The notes beneath the pieces are model-generated. The model was not told the origin of the DNA. It was given only the letters and a program-made list of their open reading frames with translations, and did not search any database. The translations under genes were made by a program, and so were the position numbers. Positions 18,141 through 26,582 of a stretch of DNA of 64,000 nucleotides are shown piece after piece (within the stretch, counting starts at the first letter, position 1; the number at the start of each line of letters is the position of its first letter). This DNA is from Candidatus Omnitrophota bacterium (lineage in GTDB: Bacteria > Omnitrophota > Gorgyraeia > Zapsychrales > Fredricksoniimonadaceae). The DNA lies in assembly GCA_903901225.1 (NCBI GenBank), contig CAIUQE010000003.1, positions 23,461-87,460 on the forward strand. The letters run 5' to 3'.

Positions 18141-19127
18141 TCACTGAATGGATGCTAAGTAATCGGTCACTGTCTTCTTAATCTGCTGCCTAAAATTCTC
18201 GGGCTCAACAACACGAAGGCAGGGAATCCAATTCATAATTATATGAGAAACCTCCTCAGGATGCCCTGGGACGGTCTCTATAAGCATCGAGCCATCCGCT
18301 TCTTCTTTAACAATCTTCTGTAACGGAAAGTATTTACGTTCTTTGAAATACTGCACCGCTTCAGGCGCTACTTTAATCAACACTCGCTCTCCACGAACTT
18401 CATCAAACCAAACATTCACGCTGTCCTCAAGAATCTTGTCGATGTTAACTGACGGCGCAAACGACTCCTCCAAAATCTGCACATCCTGCACACGATCTAC
18501 CCGGTATTTCTGGATCTGCTTCTCACCTTTCTTAATCGCTATCAGATACCAAAACCCGTCAAAGAACGCGATCTTGAGCGGCTCAAGACAATACTCTTTC
18601 TCGATCTGGGCTGCGGAAACATATTTAATTGCGATGCGATTGCTTTCAAGAATGGCGGCTTCAAGATACTTGACCTGAGATGTTACAGGAAGAGGACTCC
18701 GCTTCGCTGGGACCTTAGCGTAATATGGCGTATAAAGATCTTTCGCCATTATCCGCTTAAATAAACTCCGGAAGGATTCCTCGAAAGTCCCTCCCAATCC
18801 ACAGGCTACTTCAAACATAAAAGACAGAAGCGAAGCCTGCTCTTCTGACAACGAGACCTTGCGTAATGAAAACCCTTCCATAAATTGATGGCGCCCGTTC
18901 TCCAAAGTCTCGATCGGATACCCGGCATCATGCAGGATCTTCAGATCTCTTTGAACAGTACGCTGGGTAACATCAAGAGTCTCAGCAACCTCCTTTGATG
19001 ATATGGACTTTCCTTTGTCCAAGATCGAAAGCATGGTAATCAGCCGTTCCACTGCCTTCTTATGCCCGTCGGCCTTCTTGCCTTTGCCTGTCCGTTTGAA
19101 TGTCACGATCTTCTTTTTCGCCGGCAT
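18141..19127 (-). CDS. WYL-domain transcriptional regulator (HTH-WYL-WCX; BrxR/CapW-like)
   Basis: HTH region ISSKEVAETLDVTQRTVQRDLKILHDAG, WYL motif FFDGFWYLIAI. Start ATG at 19127 with SD AAGGA. It overlaps the stop of the upstream nuclease gene by 4 nt. Confidence 0.6.
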   Translation of the reverse strand: MPAKKKIVTFKRTGKGKKADGHKKAVERLITMLSILDKGKSISSKEVAETLDVTQRTVQRDLKILHDAGYPIETLENGRHQFMEGFSLRKVSLSEEQASLLSFMFEVACGLGGTFEESFRSLFKRIMAKDLYTPYYAKVPAKRSPLPVTSQVKYLEAAILESNRIAIKYVSAAQIEKEYCLEPLKIAFFDGFWYLIAIKKGEKQIQKYRVDRVQDVQILEESFAPSVNIDKILEDSVNVWFDEVRGERVLIKVAPEAVQYFKERKYFPLQKIVKEEADGSMLIETVPGHPEEVSHIIMNWIPCLRVVEPENFRQQIKKTVTDYLASIQ

Positions 19128-19129
19128 AA

Positions 19130-20698
19130 TTATCCTTTCTGGAGTGCTTCTAAAGCCGCCAGTATGTCCACCATAGCTATGGTATCTAGCGCGCAATAAT
19201 CCTCAAGATCAGTGTACACTTTTTGTCTATCCGCAGGATCAACTTGATCTCCATAAGTCACGCGGGAATACTCCGTCGTAGCCTGTCCCCCGTCAGAGAT
19301 TGCCATGTCCTTGTAACTCTTTCCGCCTAAGACCGGTAGCACCTTCTTGATCGAGGCAGAACCACGCTGATCGGGATGATAATACAAGAAACTCCGAAAA
19401 ACATCTAAGAGGTCAGCCATTCTCGAACAAATATCAGCAATCCGAGACTCGTACTCCGGGAAAGAGTCCTTCATCTTATTAAGGACGTGCGATTCTTCAA
19501 ATGTGCGGTTGTAGACAACAACATTCCCCTGAATGCCAGTACACGCGCACAAGGAATCCAAGAAATCCTTCCTGGGATCGGCAGGGCTCTTTTGCAAGAA
19601 TGAATAGTGCTTCAATTCTCCACCGGGGATCTCTTGGACATGCACAGAGAACTGAATCGGGATTTGCTGGTATGGCGACGTTCCATTGAATCTTGGGATC
19701 GCCTCAAAGATCGTCTCAAAATCAATAAAATATAACGGGTACTTCATCCCCTTAACAAATGCCACGATGGCTGGCAAATCAACATGAGGTTTCCCCGCCA
19801 AGGCACACTGGTATTGAATGGCCCTAGTATCAGACAACTTGGCATTCTTAGGAATATCTTTCAAAAGCACTATCCCCTGATCCAGCATTTGAAAAGCCTT
19901 GTCCTTATTGCCCCTAAGCTCCAATACATTGCCCGGCGGAAGAAATGCCCAGCATGATAGCTTCATCTGGCACTCATAAGGTTTATTGCAATGCTTTCCT
20001 ATGGAAATCCCCGGACAGGTAGGCATATCAACGATTGCCAAAAAGCCATCAATCGTCTTTTTAATTTCGCCGGACAACAACGCAACCTTGTCGGTCACAT
20101 CAACCAATGCAAAGAACTCCTGCACATCAATATCGCCATCGCGAACATAATCACTATTGATGTGCATCAGAAAGCAGCGCCCAATCTTCAAGCCGGCCAG
20201 TTCGTAACAGTATCTTTGAAAAGCAATGTCCTGAAGGTATACATCTTTAAGATCGGTGCCGCACTTTACTTCGACAATATCCCAATACCCTATTCCTAAA
20301 CTTGATGGGACCAAGATATCGGCGCGTGAAAAGAGCCGCCCAGCCATCACCCCCGCCTCGTAGATCGGTTTCGGATTTGCCGCCGCCAACAAAGTCTTGG
20401 TTTCCTCTATATTCCGCAAGAAATCATCTTCCTGGATGCGAGCACCTCCGGGGAATCGAGTCATCGCGAGCTCGCCAACCTTATGACCGACATCAAATAC
20501 CTGCTGAAGCCTATCAGATGGTAGCGGGATCGCCTCAGGGGCATTGCATCGCATCCAAAGCAACTTTGGACACTGCAAACCATTCAAGAACTTCGACTTT
20601 GTGAGAACTTTCGGATCCTTGACTACTTTCCTGTCTCGGACAAAATCGTAAACAGCATCGTTCTTCAGCTTTTGTGACTCGAAATTTTCGTCATCCAT
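19130..20698 (-). CDS. PD-(D/E)xK (Cas4/RecB-like) nuclease fused to DEDD 3'-5' exonuclease (DUF2779-like)
   Basis: PD-(D/E)xK core GYWDIVEVKCGT in the N-terminal half. DnaQ-like Exo I motif YFIDFETI in the C-terminal half. ATG at 20698 preceded by SD AGGGG. Confidence 0.5.
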   Translation of the reverse strand: MDDENFESQKLKNDAVYDFVRDRKVVKDPKVLTKSKFLNGLQCPKLLWMRCNAPEAIPLPSDRLQQVFDVGHKVGELAMTRFPGGARIQEDDFLRNIEETKTLLAAANPKPIYEAGVMAGRLFSRADILVPSSLGIGYWDIVEVKCGTDLKDVYLQDIAFQRYCYELAGLKIGRCFLMHINSDYVRDGDIDVQEFFALVDVTDKVALLSGEIKKTIDGFLAIVDMPTCPGISIGKHCNKPYECQMKLSCWAFLPPGNVLELRGNKDKAFQMLDQGIVLLKDIPKNAKLSDTRAIQYQCALAGKPHVDLPAIVAFVKGMKYPLYFIDFETIFEAIPRFNGTSPYQQIPIQFSVHVQEIPGGELKHYSFLQKSPADPRKDFLDSLCACTGIQGNVVVYNRTFEESHVLNKMKDSFPEYESRIADICSRMADLLDVFRSFLYYHPDQRGSASIKKVLPVLGGKSYKDMAISDGGQATTEYSRVTYGDQVDPADRQKVYTDLEDYCALDTIAMVDILAALEALQKG

Positions 20699-20815
20699 AA
20701 TTTCACCCCTAACCCCACAATAGCTCCTAGCAAGACTTCTAATGATACCATGCGACAAGAATATGTCGCTGACAATTTGGTGGGCGTATCGAGTTAGAAC
20801 AGCTCTTCCGCTATA

Positions 20816-21196
20816 TTATTGATTGCAGTCAGAAATTCTCTTGAGCACCACAACGCTTGACGACGGGCGCATTGGCGTCCTGTCCTTGTCACAATATAGA
20901 GATGCTTTTATTGCCTCGATCAGATCAATATCTACATAAGGGAAACAAACCTCAACCTGCCAAGTATCACTCACCCTCACATCACCCTTTTCAAACACCG
21001 GATCATCAATAAAGAATGCCGGGCACTTGAATGCCACGGCAGGCATCGAATCATCCACTTCAAACTGGCGACCGCAGGTAACCACAATGGCAGACTGCTC
21101 AAGATATGCCCGTAAAGCGCCATTAGATGCCCCTTTTAAGGCTTCCCATGAACGCCGGCACTCATCCAACTCCATTCTAAAGTTATCCCAAGTCAT
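20816..21196 (-). CDS. hypothetical protein
   Basis: ORF with internal ATG at 21196 preceded by SD AAGAGGG. No domain recognised. Confidence 0.3.
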   Translation of the reverse strand: MTWDNFRMELDECRRSWEALKGASNGALRAYLEQSAIVVTCGRQFEVDDSMPAVAFKCPAFFIDDPVFEKGDVRVSDTWQVEVCFPYVDIDLIEAIKASLYCDKDRTPMRPSSSVVVLKRISDCNQ

Positions 21197-21297
21197 AATC
21201 ACACCCTCTTGGGACAAGAATAAAGCACCCTTACGACAACGTGAGGTCGTTCCATAAATCAAATCCTATAAAAGCCTAACGAATAGACGCGACAGCG

Positions 21298-21834
21298 TCA
21301 TGTCGCAACTTGGTCATAAGACCCACTCTTTTCTGTATATCTCAAGAAATAACCAGATTTCCTTCGCGCCTTCGTATCCTTGCTACCAGGCGGACGACCA
21401 AGCACCTTGCCTTCCTTCTTAGCACGCTCAAGTCCCAAAAATGTTCTCTCCTGTATGATGGATCTTTCAAATTCCGCCAGAGCCGAGAAAACGTGAAACA
21501 TTAACACTCCCGACGGTGTAGCCAAGTCTATGTTGTCTCGAAGCGATACGAACACAATCCCCTTGTCCGTCAACTCTTTGACCGAAAGAATCATCTCGCT
21601 TAAACTCCTGCCCCACCTGTCAAGCCGCCAAACCAAAACACCTGCAAACTCCTTTCTCCTAAGGCGATTCATCAATCCGGCCTGTATCGGTCGCGAGTTT
21701 CTTGTCGATTCGACCTCCTCAAATACTTCATAGGAATAGCCCATCCTTTCGGCAAAAGCAACAAGCTCAAGACGCTGGTTCTCCGGGCGCTGATCTCGTG
21801 TTGACACTCTGCAATAAATAGCTCGATCCTTCAT
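21298..21834 (-). CDS. serine recombinase (resolvase/invertase family, small)
   Basis: N-terminal catalytic motif AIYCRVSTRDQ (Ser nucleophile) followed by the resolvase core (GVLVWRLDRWGRS). 178 aa with a basic C-terminal tail. Confidence 0.7.
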   Translation of the reverse strand: MKDRAIYCRVSTRDQRPENQRLELVAFAERMGYSYEVFEEVESTRNSRPIQAGLMNRLRRKEFAGVLVWRLDRWGRSLSEMILSVKELTDKGIVFVSLRDNIDLATPSGVLMFHVFSALAEFERSIIQERTFLGLERAKKEGKVLGRPPGSKDTKARRKSGYFLRYTEKSGSYDQVAT

Positions 21835-21836
21835 TG

Positions 21837-22448
21837 TTATTCTCCTATCGCTTGCTTTGCTTGAGTCTCACCTTTTAACAACGAACTGATCTGCTGCATT
21901 ATTTTAGGGCTTATTTGATATGCCTTTTCCGGACAAATTTCGGAAACCGTAAGAACTTCCTTAATTAACGCTGGGGAGGAACCTGAAAAATACAACAGGT
22001 TCTTGAACCTTTCAGCAACCGAATTGTTTATATCGAGAATCCGAATTATCTGTTCTGCACAGTACCCATATGGGCGCGGCTGATTAAGCCTGGAGAAAAT
22101 CAGAAAGAGCATGACCCGTTTCTCAAAGAAATCCAACCTATGCAGCGTAGCAATCTTTTCAACAAAGAACTCCTTGCCGTTCTGTTTACACCGTTCGATC
22201 GACAACCAAAAGTCTCCCTCGAATCGGCAAATCTCACGATCAATCTGATCTAATTCAATGCTCAATTCCTGGGTAAAGACTTTGGGATTCTCCAGCGCAT
22301 GCGGGACACCATACAAAACTTGCGCCCGCAAACAGAAGAGCTGATAAACCTGCTGGTAAGTCTGCAAATAAATTTCATCATCTGTCATGGATTGTGCGTC
22401 TGGCAATTTGAACATAGCGATATCACCTTTTGAGATATCAATCTTCAC
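21837..22448 (-). CDS. hypothetical protein
   Basis: 203-aa ORF immediately upstream of the recombinase gene. No domain recognised. Confidence 0.3.
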   Translation of the reverse strand: MKIDISKGDIAMFKLPDAQSMTDDEIYLQTYQQVYQLFCLRAQVLYGVPHALENPKVFTQELSIELDQIDREICRFEGDFWLSIERCKQNGKEFFVEKIATLHRLDFFEKRVMLFLIFSRLNQPRPYGYCAEQIIRILDINNSVAERFKNLLYFSGSSPALIKEVLTVSEICPEKAYQISPKIMQQISSLLKGETQAKQAIGE

Positions 22449-22785
22449 TTGGCAAGAATAAAACAGCGTCCTGAAGATAACAAGTGAACGGAAGAAGGTG
22501 TTCCGGAAAATCTGAAAATCCGATCACCTGCCGGACCAGAACCTTGTCATCCCGATCCCGGCATTCGGCGCAGTATTTCCCATCCTCGATCTTCAAGGTC
22601 CAGTACTGCCGCTCGTCGCACAAAAGCTGATAGGAAGCAATCAAATCAACCAGCCAATACGCCCCCGCTTGCTCCGCCAAGTACTGTACGCCGTCGGTGT
22701 ACACGATCTTTCTAGTCCAGTGTTTGAAATATGTACTGGTCCCGGTGAACTGCGCCAAATCCGTTGCTGTGATCTGCCTTTCCAT
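22438..22785 (-). CDS. hypothetical protein (plasmid/phage-like)
   Basis: 115-aa ORF overlapping the next gene by 11 nt. No domain recognised. Confidence 0.3.
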   Translation of the reverse strand: MERQITATDLAQFTGTSTYFKHWTRKIVYTDGVQYLAEQAGAYWLVDLIASYQLLCDERQYWTLKIEDGKYCAECRDRDDKVLVRQVIGFSDFPEHLLPFTCYLQDAVLFLPSED

Positions 22786-22803
22786 TCCTAACCGCTTTCC
22801 TTT

Positions 22804-23187
22804 TCACCAGTCAATTAAAGTAACCATAATTCGCCCAGCATAGTCGCAGCCCGCCGTCAGAACACACCGGCCCATATTGCCAACCATGATCACATCGCCC
22901 CGGACCTTCCTGGGCAGCAGGGCAAAAAACACGCTGGGGCACGCGGAGAAGTTCCCGCCAACCTTCCGGAACCGCACATATTTGCGAAGCAGGACAAGAT
23001 CCAGATCACCGGCCCTGAACAACTCATCCTGGGACAGTTCCAGGTCGCCGAAAACGTCAAAGCTTCCGTCGCTGTTCCGGCGAACATCCGGCCGGGACTC
23101 AAAAGCAAGAACCCACTGCTTCAGGATATCCTCATCCCGAAGCTTTAGACTCGCCGCTGATGCTGGCTTAAACGCGGTCTTAGGCAC
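22804..23187 (-). CDS. hypothetical protein
   Basis: 127-aa ORF. The overlapping plus-strand ORF 22877..23515 is judged spurious. Confidence 0.3.
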   Translation of the reverse strand: MPKTAFKPASAASLKLRDEDILKQWVLAFESRPDVRRNSDGSFDVFGDLELSQDELFRAGDLDLVLLRKYVRFRKVGGNFSACPSVFFALLPRKVRGDVIMVGNMGRCVLTAGCDYAGRIMVTLIDW

Positions 23188-23190
23188 AAC

Positions 23191-23516
23191 TCACCCCCTG
23201 GTCTCGATTTCCCTGACGGGACACCCCAACGCCTGCCCCCGCCCCTCTGTCCTCGCTGGAGCCGGCTTTTTGTCAAAAAGAGGGGCATCTATGCCTGCTC
23301 TAGTGGCTGACCCGCCCTCTCCAGCGACGGGACAGGCCATTTTAGTTACCACTACGGCAAGTTTAACGCGCACACGCCTGACTTGCCAGCGACGGGGCAA
23401 CTCTAGTTGGCACTCCGCACCGCACTTCCTTGCAAAGACATGGATGACTTTAGACAGGCCAAATCCATACATATGCATGGAACCATTGGATTTAGAAATC
23501 ATAAATTTGCCTTAAT
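23191..23516. repeat. GC-rich non-coding block with direct repeats and a palindrome (iteron/oriT/ncRNA candidate)
   Basis: CCAGCGACGGGRCA occurs twice (23321 and 23386, 65-bp period), each followed by a TAGTTRSCACT-like box. CTCTAGTKG is repeated. Palindrome CTTTTTGtCAAAAAG at 23266-23280. GC content is clearly above the island average. Confidence 0.4.
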
Positions 23517-24266
23517 TCATAACCTTTCGTACATCGATTGAATACTCTTGAAGTCAAGCGGCGGGATCAGGTAAGCATCAATGTCTGCCATTCCATTGCC
23601 GAACTTTCGGATGATCCTATTGTGAGCATCAATAGCGAGCTTTATTTCATCAACATAAACACGGCATCTTTCAGGGTACTTTTCGTACATAAAAATGTTA
23701 AATCCCATCATCTTGTTCACAACTTTTACCGTGTTAACCTCCTCGATAAAATTCCGAGCATCCTCCGCCACAACAGGAACGATCCGTCGTATAAACTCAA
23801 ATGTGTCTTTTAAGACTGGATGGCCCGTTAGATCTGTCCCCACTGCTTGCATGAATCCAACGAGCTTCAATGCTTCTGCCCGCGGTCCCGCATCAATAAA
23901 GTTGTCTTTGATCAAAACTTCTAAACGGCTAACAACCGGCGATAAATTCAACAGCACATGAGCTTTCTTTAACACCTCCAACGAGTATTTGAGGCTGTAA
24001 TACGACTCGGCAATCCCAGAAACAAGTCCCGGCGCAAGTCTGTAAAACTGCCAGATCTCCTCAAAGGCTTTCTTCGTTTTAGGATCAGGAATATCTCTGA
24101 GCGCTTGCTTCTCTTCAGCATTCAGAAATCCTTCCTTATTCCCAAATTCCTTTTCGTAAATATCCTTAATGATCAACCTCGCCCGGTCTTCTCCGCTCAA
24201 CCGACGGGCATCCTTTGTTAGGTTCCAATATCCACGCGCCATTTTGTCATTCCTCCACATTCCCAC
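23517..24266 (-). CDS. hypothetical protein
   Basis: 249-aa ORF. No domain recognised. Confidence 0.3.
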   Translation of the reverse strand: MGMWRNDKMARGYWNLTKDARRLSGEDRARLIIKDIYEKEFGNKEGFLNAEEKQALRDIPDPKTKKAFEEIWQFYRLAPGLVSGIAESYYSLKYSLEVLKKAHVLLNLSPVVSRLEVLIKDNFIDAGPRAEALKLVGFMQAVGTDLTGHPVLKDTFEFIRRIVPVVAEDARNFIEEVNTVKVVNKMMGFNIFMYEKYPERCRVYVDEIKLAIDAHNRIIRKFGNGMADIDAYLIPPLDFKSIQSMYERL

Positions 24267-24654
24267 GATTCGACAGAACCGTGTGTACTTCTGAAAGTTT
24301 CTTGTGAATTTCGCCCACTTCCATAGCCCTTAAAAGCTGGTTTGTCAAAAACCCGACAGTATAAGCAACACGCTGATCCATTTTGCCAGCCCTGACCTCC
24401 GCTATCGTGGAACTCAAAAGACTCGCCACATCCTGCGGCGTTTTGGTGGGCATCACTTCCAACGGGGCGGACACCTTCTTTTGTCTCCCCCGACCACCCT
24501 TACTCCCGGCAGTACGCCTTTCCTGACTGCTGCTCGGATCGTGGCCAAAACAGAAGGTCTTACCCGTTCTGGCCCACCCCCGGCATCTACTTCCGTCAGT
24601 TGAAACATATCCACACCGTCTATCATCTGACATAGGTAAGCTATGGGGGTGCAC
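24247..24654 (-). CDS. hypothetical protein with N-terminal Cys/His cluster
   Basis: CGYVSTDGSRCRGWARTGKTFCFGHDP is a possible zinc-binding motif. 135 aa. Confidence 0.3.
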   Translation of the reverse strand: MHPHSLPMSDDRRCGYVSTDGSRCRGWARTGKTFCFGHDPSSSQERRTAGSKGGRGRQKKVSAPLEVMPTKTPQDVASLLSSTIAEVRAGKMDQRVAYTVGFLTNQLLRAMEVGEIHKKLSEVHTVLSNRGNVEE

Positions 24655-24673
24655 CCCCCATCCTCCAAAAGTT

Positions 24674-25858
24674 TTATGATTTGTGCGTCTTTCTCAAGAT
24701 CCCCAGCTCTTCCGGGGACAACGATGCAATAATTTCCACGCTTGAAGCCCCTTTTGATTCAAATTCTGCGACTTTACCAAATACAGCGGATACCTTACGG
24801 TATCTTTCCGAGGATGCTTCATCATAGGTTTGTATTTGCTCCCGCATCCCTTGAGGAAACAGTTCACGGTAGCTTTTCCTCATCTCCGCATCATCCCAAT
24901 CGAGAAGATGCGTCTCACCATACTTCTCAAAAAGTCCAGCCCTTACGGTTTCATAATCTCTTGGACCGTCTTCTTCCCCGGCCGGATTCTCACAAACATC
25001 CTCAGCCAGCCTGCACAGGTAATACTGCACAAAATGACTCCTGAAGACATTTCCCTTATCAATACTATTGCGACGGTCGAACAGCTCCTGTGCCACCGTA
25101 GACTCCCGTTCGTGCGCGACATCCGCAACGATCTCGCGCGTAACCCACAATAAGGCGCCCTTTACTTCAAACGGGATATCTTTATCCATCACCGCCGTGT
25201 AATTATGATTGAGAAGTTCGATCAATTCGTTCAGCCTTTCTGACCGGGGAATCACCTTCTCTTTATCTATCCACTCCCAGACATACAACTTGCTGCTGGC
25301 GATCTCCCAAGACTTTTGCGGCGTTTTCATTTCATCCCGAAACCTTTCCTCAATGAATAAATCGCCCAGCTTGCGAGCATCGTCATACTTACGCTCACTC
25401 CACAGCATAAACGCCTGACGGAATACATTCCCTTCAGGAACGCGCTTGTGCATCATTTCCGAATACTCTGCCCAAAAACGCTTTTGTTGATCAGAGCCAT
25501 TCTCATCAAGATCAAAATACAAAAACATTACCTTCATAAGCCATGCCATTTCCAGGCTGAAGCTTTTAACCACAGCTGGTGGAAGTTTTTTCGCCATATC
25601 CCATGCCCGCTGGGCTGAAAGCAGCGTTTCGCGAAGGATACCTAGCGGAAAATCCTCTTTGGAATACATATTAAAATAATTTCTATACAAGGATATTCTG
25701 ATCTCGCCGATCAGGCATATTTCACGCCAGGACTGATAAGGCGTCTCCGGGAATCTGCGCCTGCTACTCATAAAGAGGGCGTTCCCCCACCCGTCGCTGC
25801 AAAGTAGTAAATCCTGCTCTTTCTTCGTTCTTTTAAGAAAGTCGTCTATATTTTCCAT
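24674..25858 (-). CDS. hypothetical protein, 394 aa
   Basis: Long ORF with consistent codon usage. No domain recognised. Confidence 0.35.
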   Translation of the reverse strand: MENIDDFLKRTKKEQDLLLCSDGWGNALFMSSRRRFPETPYQSWREICLIGEIRISLYRNYFNMYSKEDFPLGILRETLLSAQRAWDMAKKLPPAVVKSFSLEMAWLMKVMFLYFDLDENGSDQQKRFWAEYSEMMHKRVPEGNVFRQAFMLWSERKYDDARKLGDLFIEERFRDEMKTPQKSWEIASSKLYVWEWIDKEKVIPRSERLNELIELLNHNYTAVMDKDIPFEVKGALLWVTREIVADVAHERESTVAQELFDRRNSIDKGNVFRSHFVQYYLCRLAEDVCENPAGEEDGPRDYETVRAGLFEKYGETHLLDWDDAEMRKSYRELFPQGMREQIQTYDEASSERYRKVSAVFGKVAEFESKGASSVEIIASLSPEELGILRKTHKS

Positions 25859-25866
25859 CTCTCACC

Positions 25867-26268
25867 TCAATCCTGGGTTAACTCGATAATGATCCTGCGA
25901 CCGACCATCTTGACCTTTCCCGCTGATTCCATCTGAACCAGCTGCAGTTCTCTTCTAACAGGCCCGCTATCGAACGATTGACCTTCAGCCATATCCAACC
26001 CTTCCCGAGTGCCAATCCCCCGGGAAATGCCTGTTAAGTCGTTCTTTTTAACACCAGGATCGGCCTTTATGATGCGTCCTGGTCCAATCTTTGCCCTTGC
26101 CGGATTGTGACCCATTCTATAACGGTGCAACTTGCAATCTATAGACCGGCACTCACGCACCTCGCTCGGCCGACCAGCACACGCAAGGCAGTGGCGGCGG
26201 ATGGCTCGCAAAGGCGACAGCGGCTTCTCTTCTGTTTCATTCTGATCGGAAACACCAGCTTCCTTCAC
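25867..26268 (-). CDS. small zinc-finger protein common in phages/plasmids
   Basis: LRAIRRHCLACAGRPSEVRECRSIDCKLHRYRMGHNP matches the widespread mobile-element motif (IRxKCLDC...EVRxC....CPLWPYRMG). Confidence 0.4.
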   Translation of the reverse strand: MKEAGVSDQNETEEKPLSPLRAIRRHCLACAGRPSEVRECRSIDCKLHRYRMGHNPARAKIGPGRIIKADPGVKKNDLTGISRGIGTREGLDMAEGQSFDSGPVRRELQLVQMESAGKVKMVGRRIIIELTQD

Positions 26269-26582
26269 AATACGATCCTCCTAAAATCGGTTTAATCCGC
26301 GCTCAAAGATTTAGTCTGCGTAATTCCATGTGAACAAAAGAGATACTGTCGTTAATCTAGAAATCTAAAAATCTATCCCAGTAGCAGGGATTACTTATTG
26401 TGAATGAATCCTCTTCTTTCCGAATGCAATCACATGCCGCAAATGCTTCCTCTTACTCTCTCTCAATTATTTTCTAACTTTAATCCAAATTCACATAAGA
26501 TATTCAATTCCAACACATTCCGATGGCTATAATTCGGCTAGAATCATGCTGAAAGCTAAAATCACCATCCAATAGCACCGGC

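Noticed and set aside
22877-23515. 212-aa plus-strand ORF spanning the GC-rich non-coding block and the 3' end of gene 22804..23187.
   Set aside because: Ser/Arg/Pro-rich low-complexity translation, antisense to a minus-strand gene, on the opposite strand from every other gene in the island. I treat it as spurious and report the region as a repeat-containing non-coding block instead.
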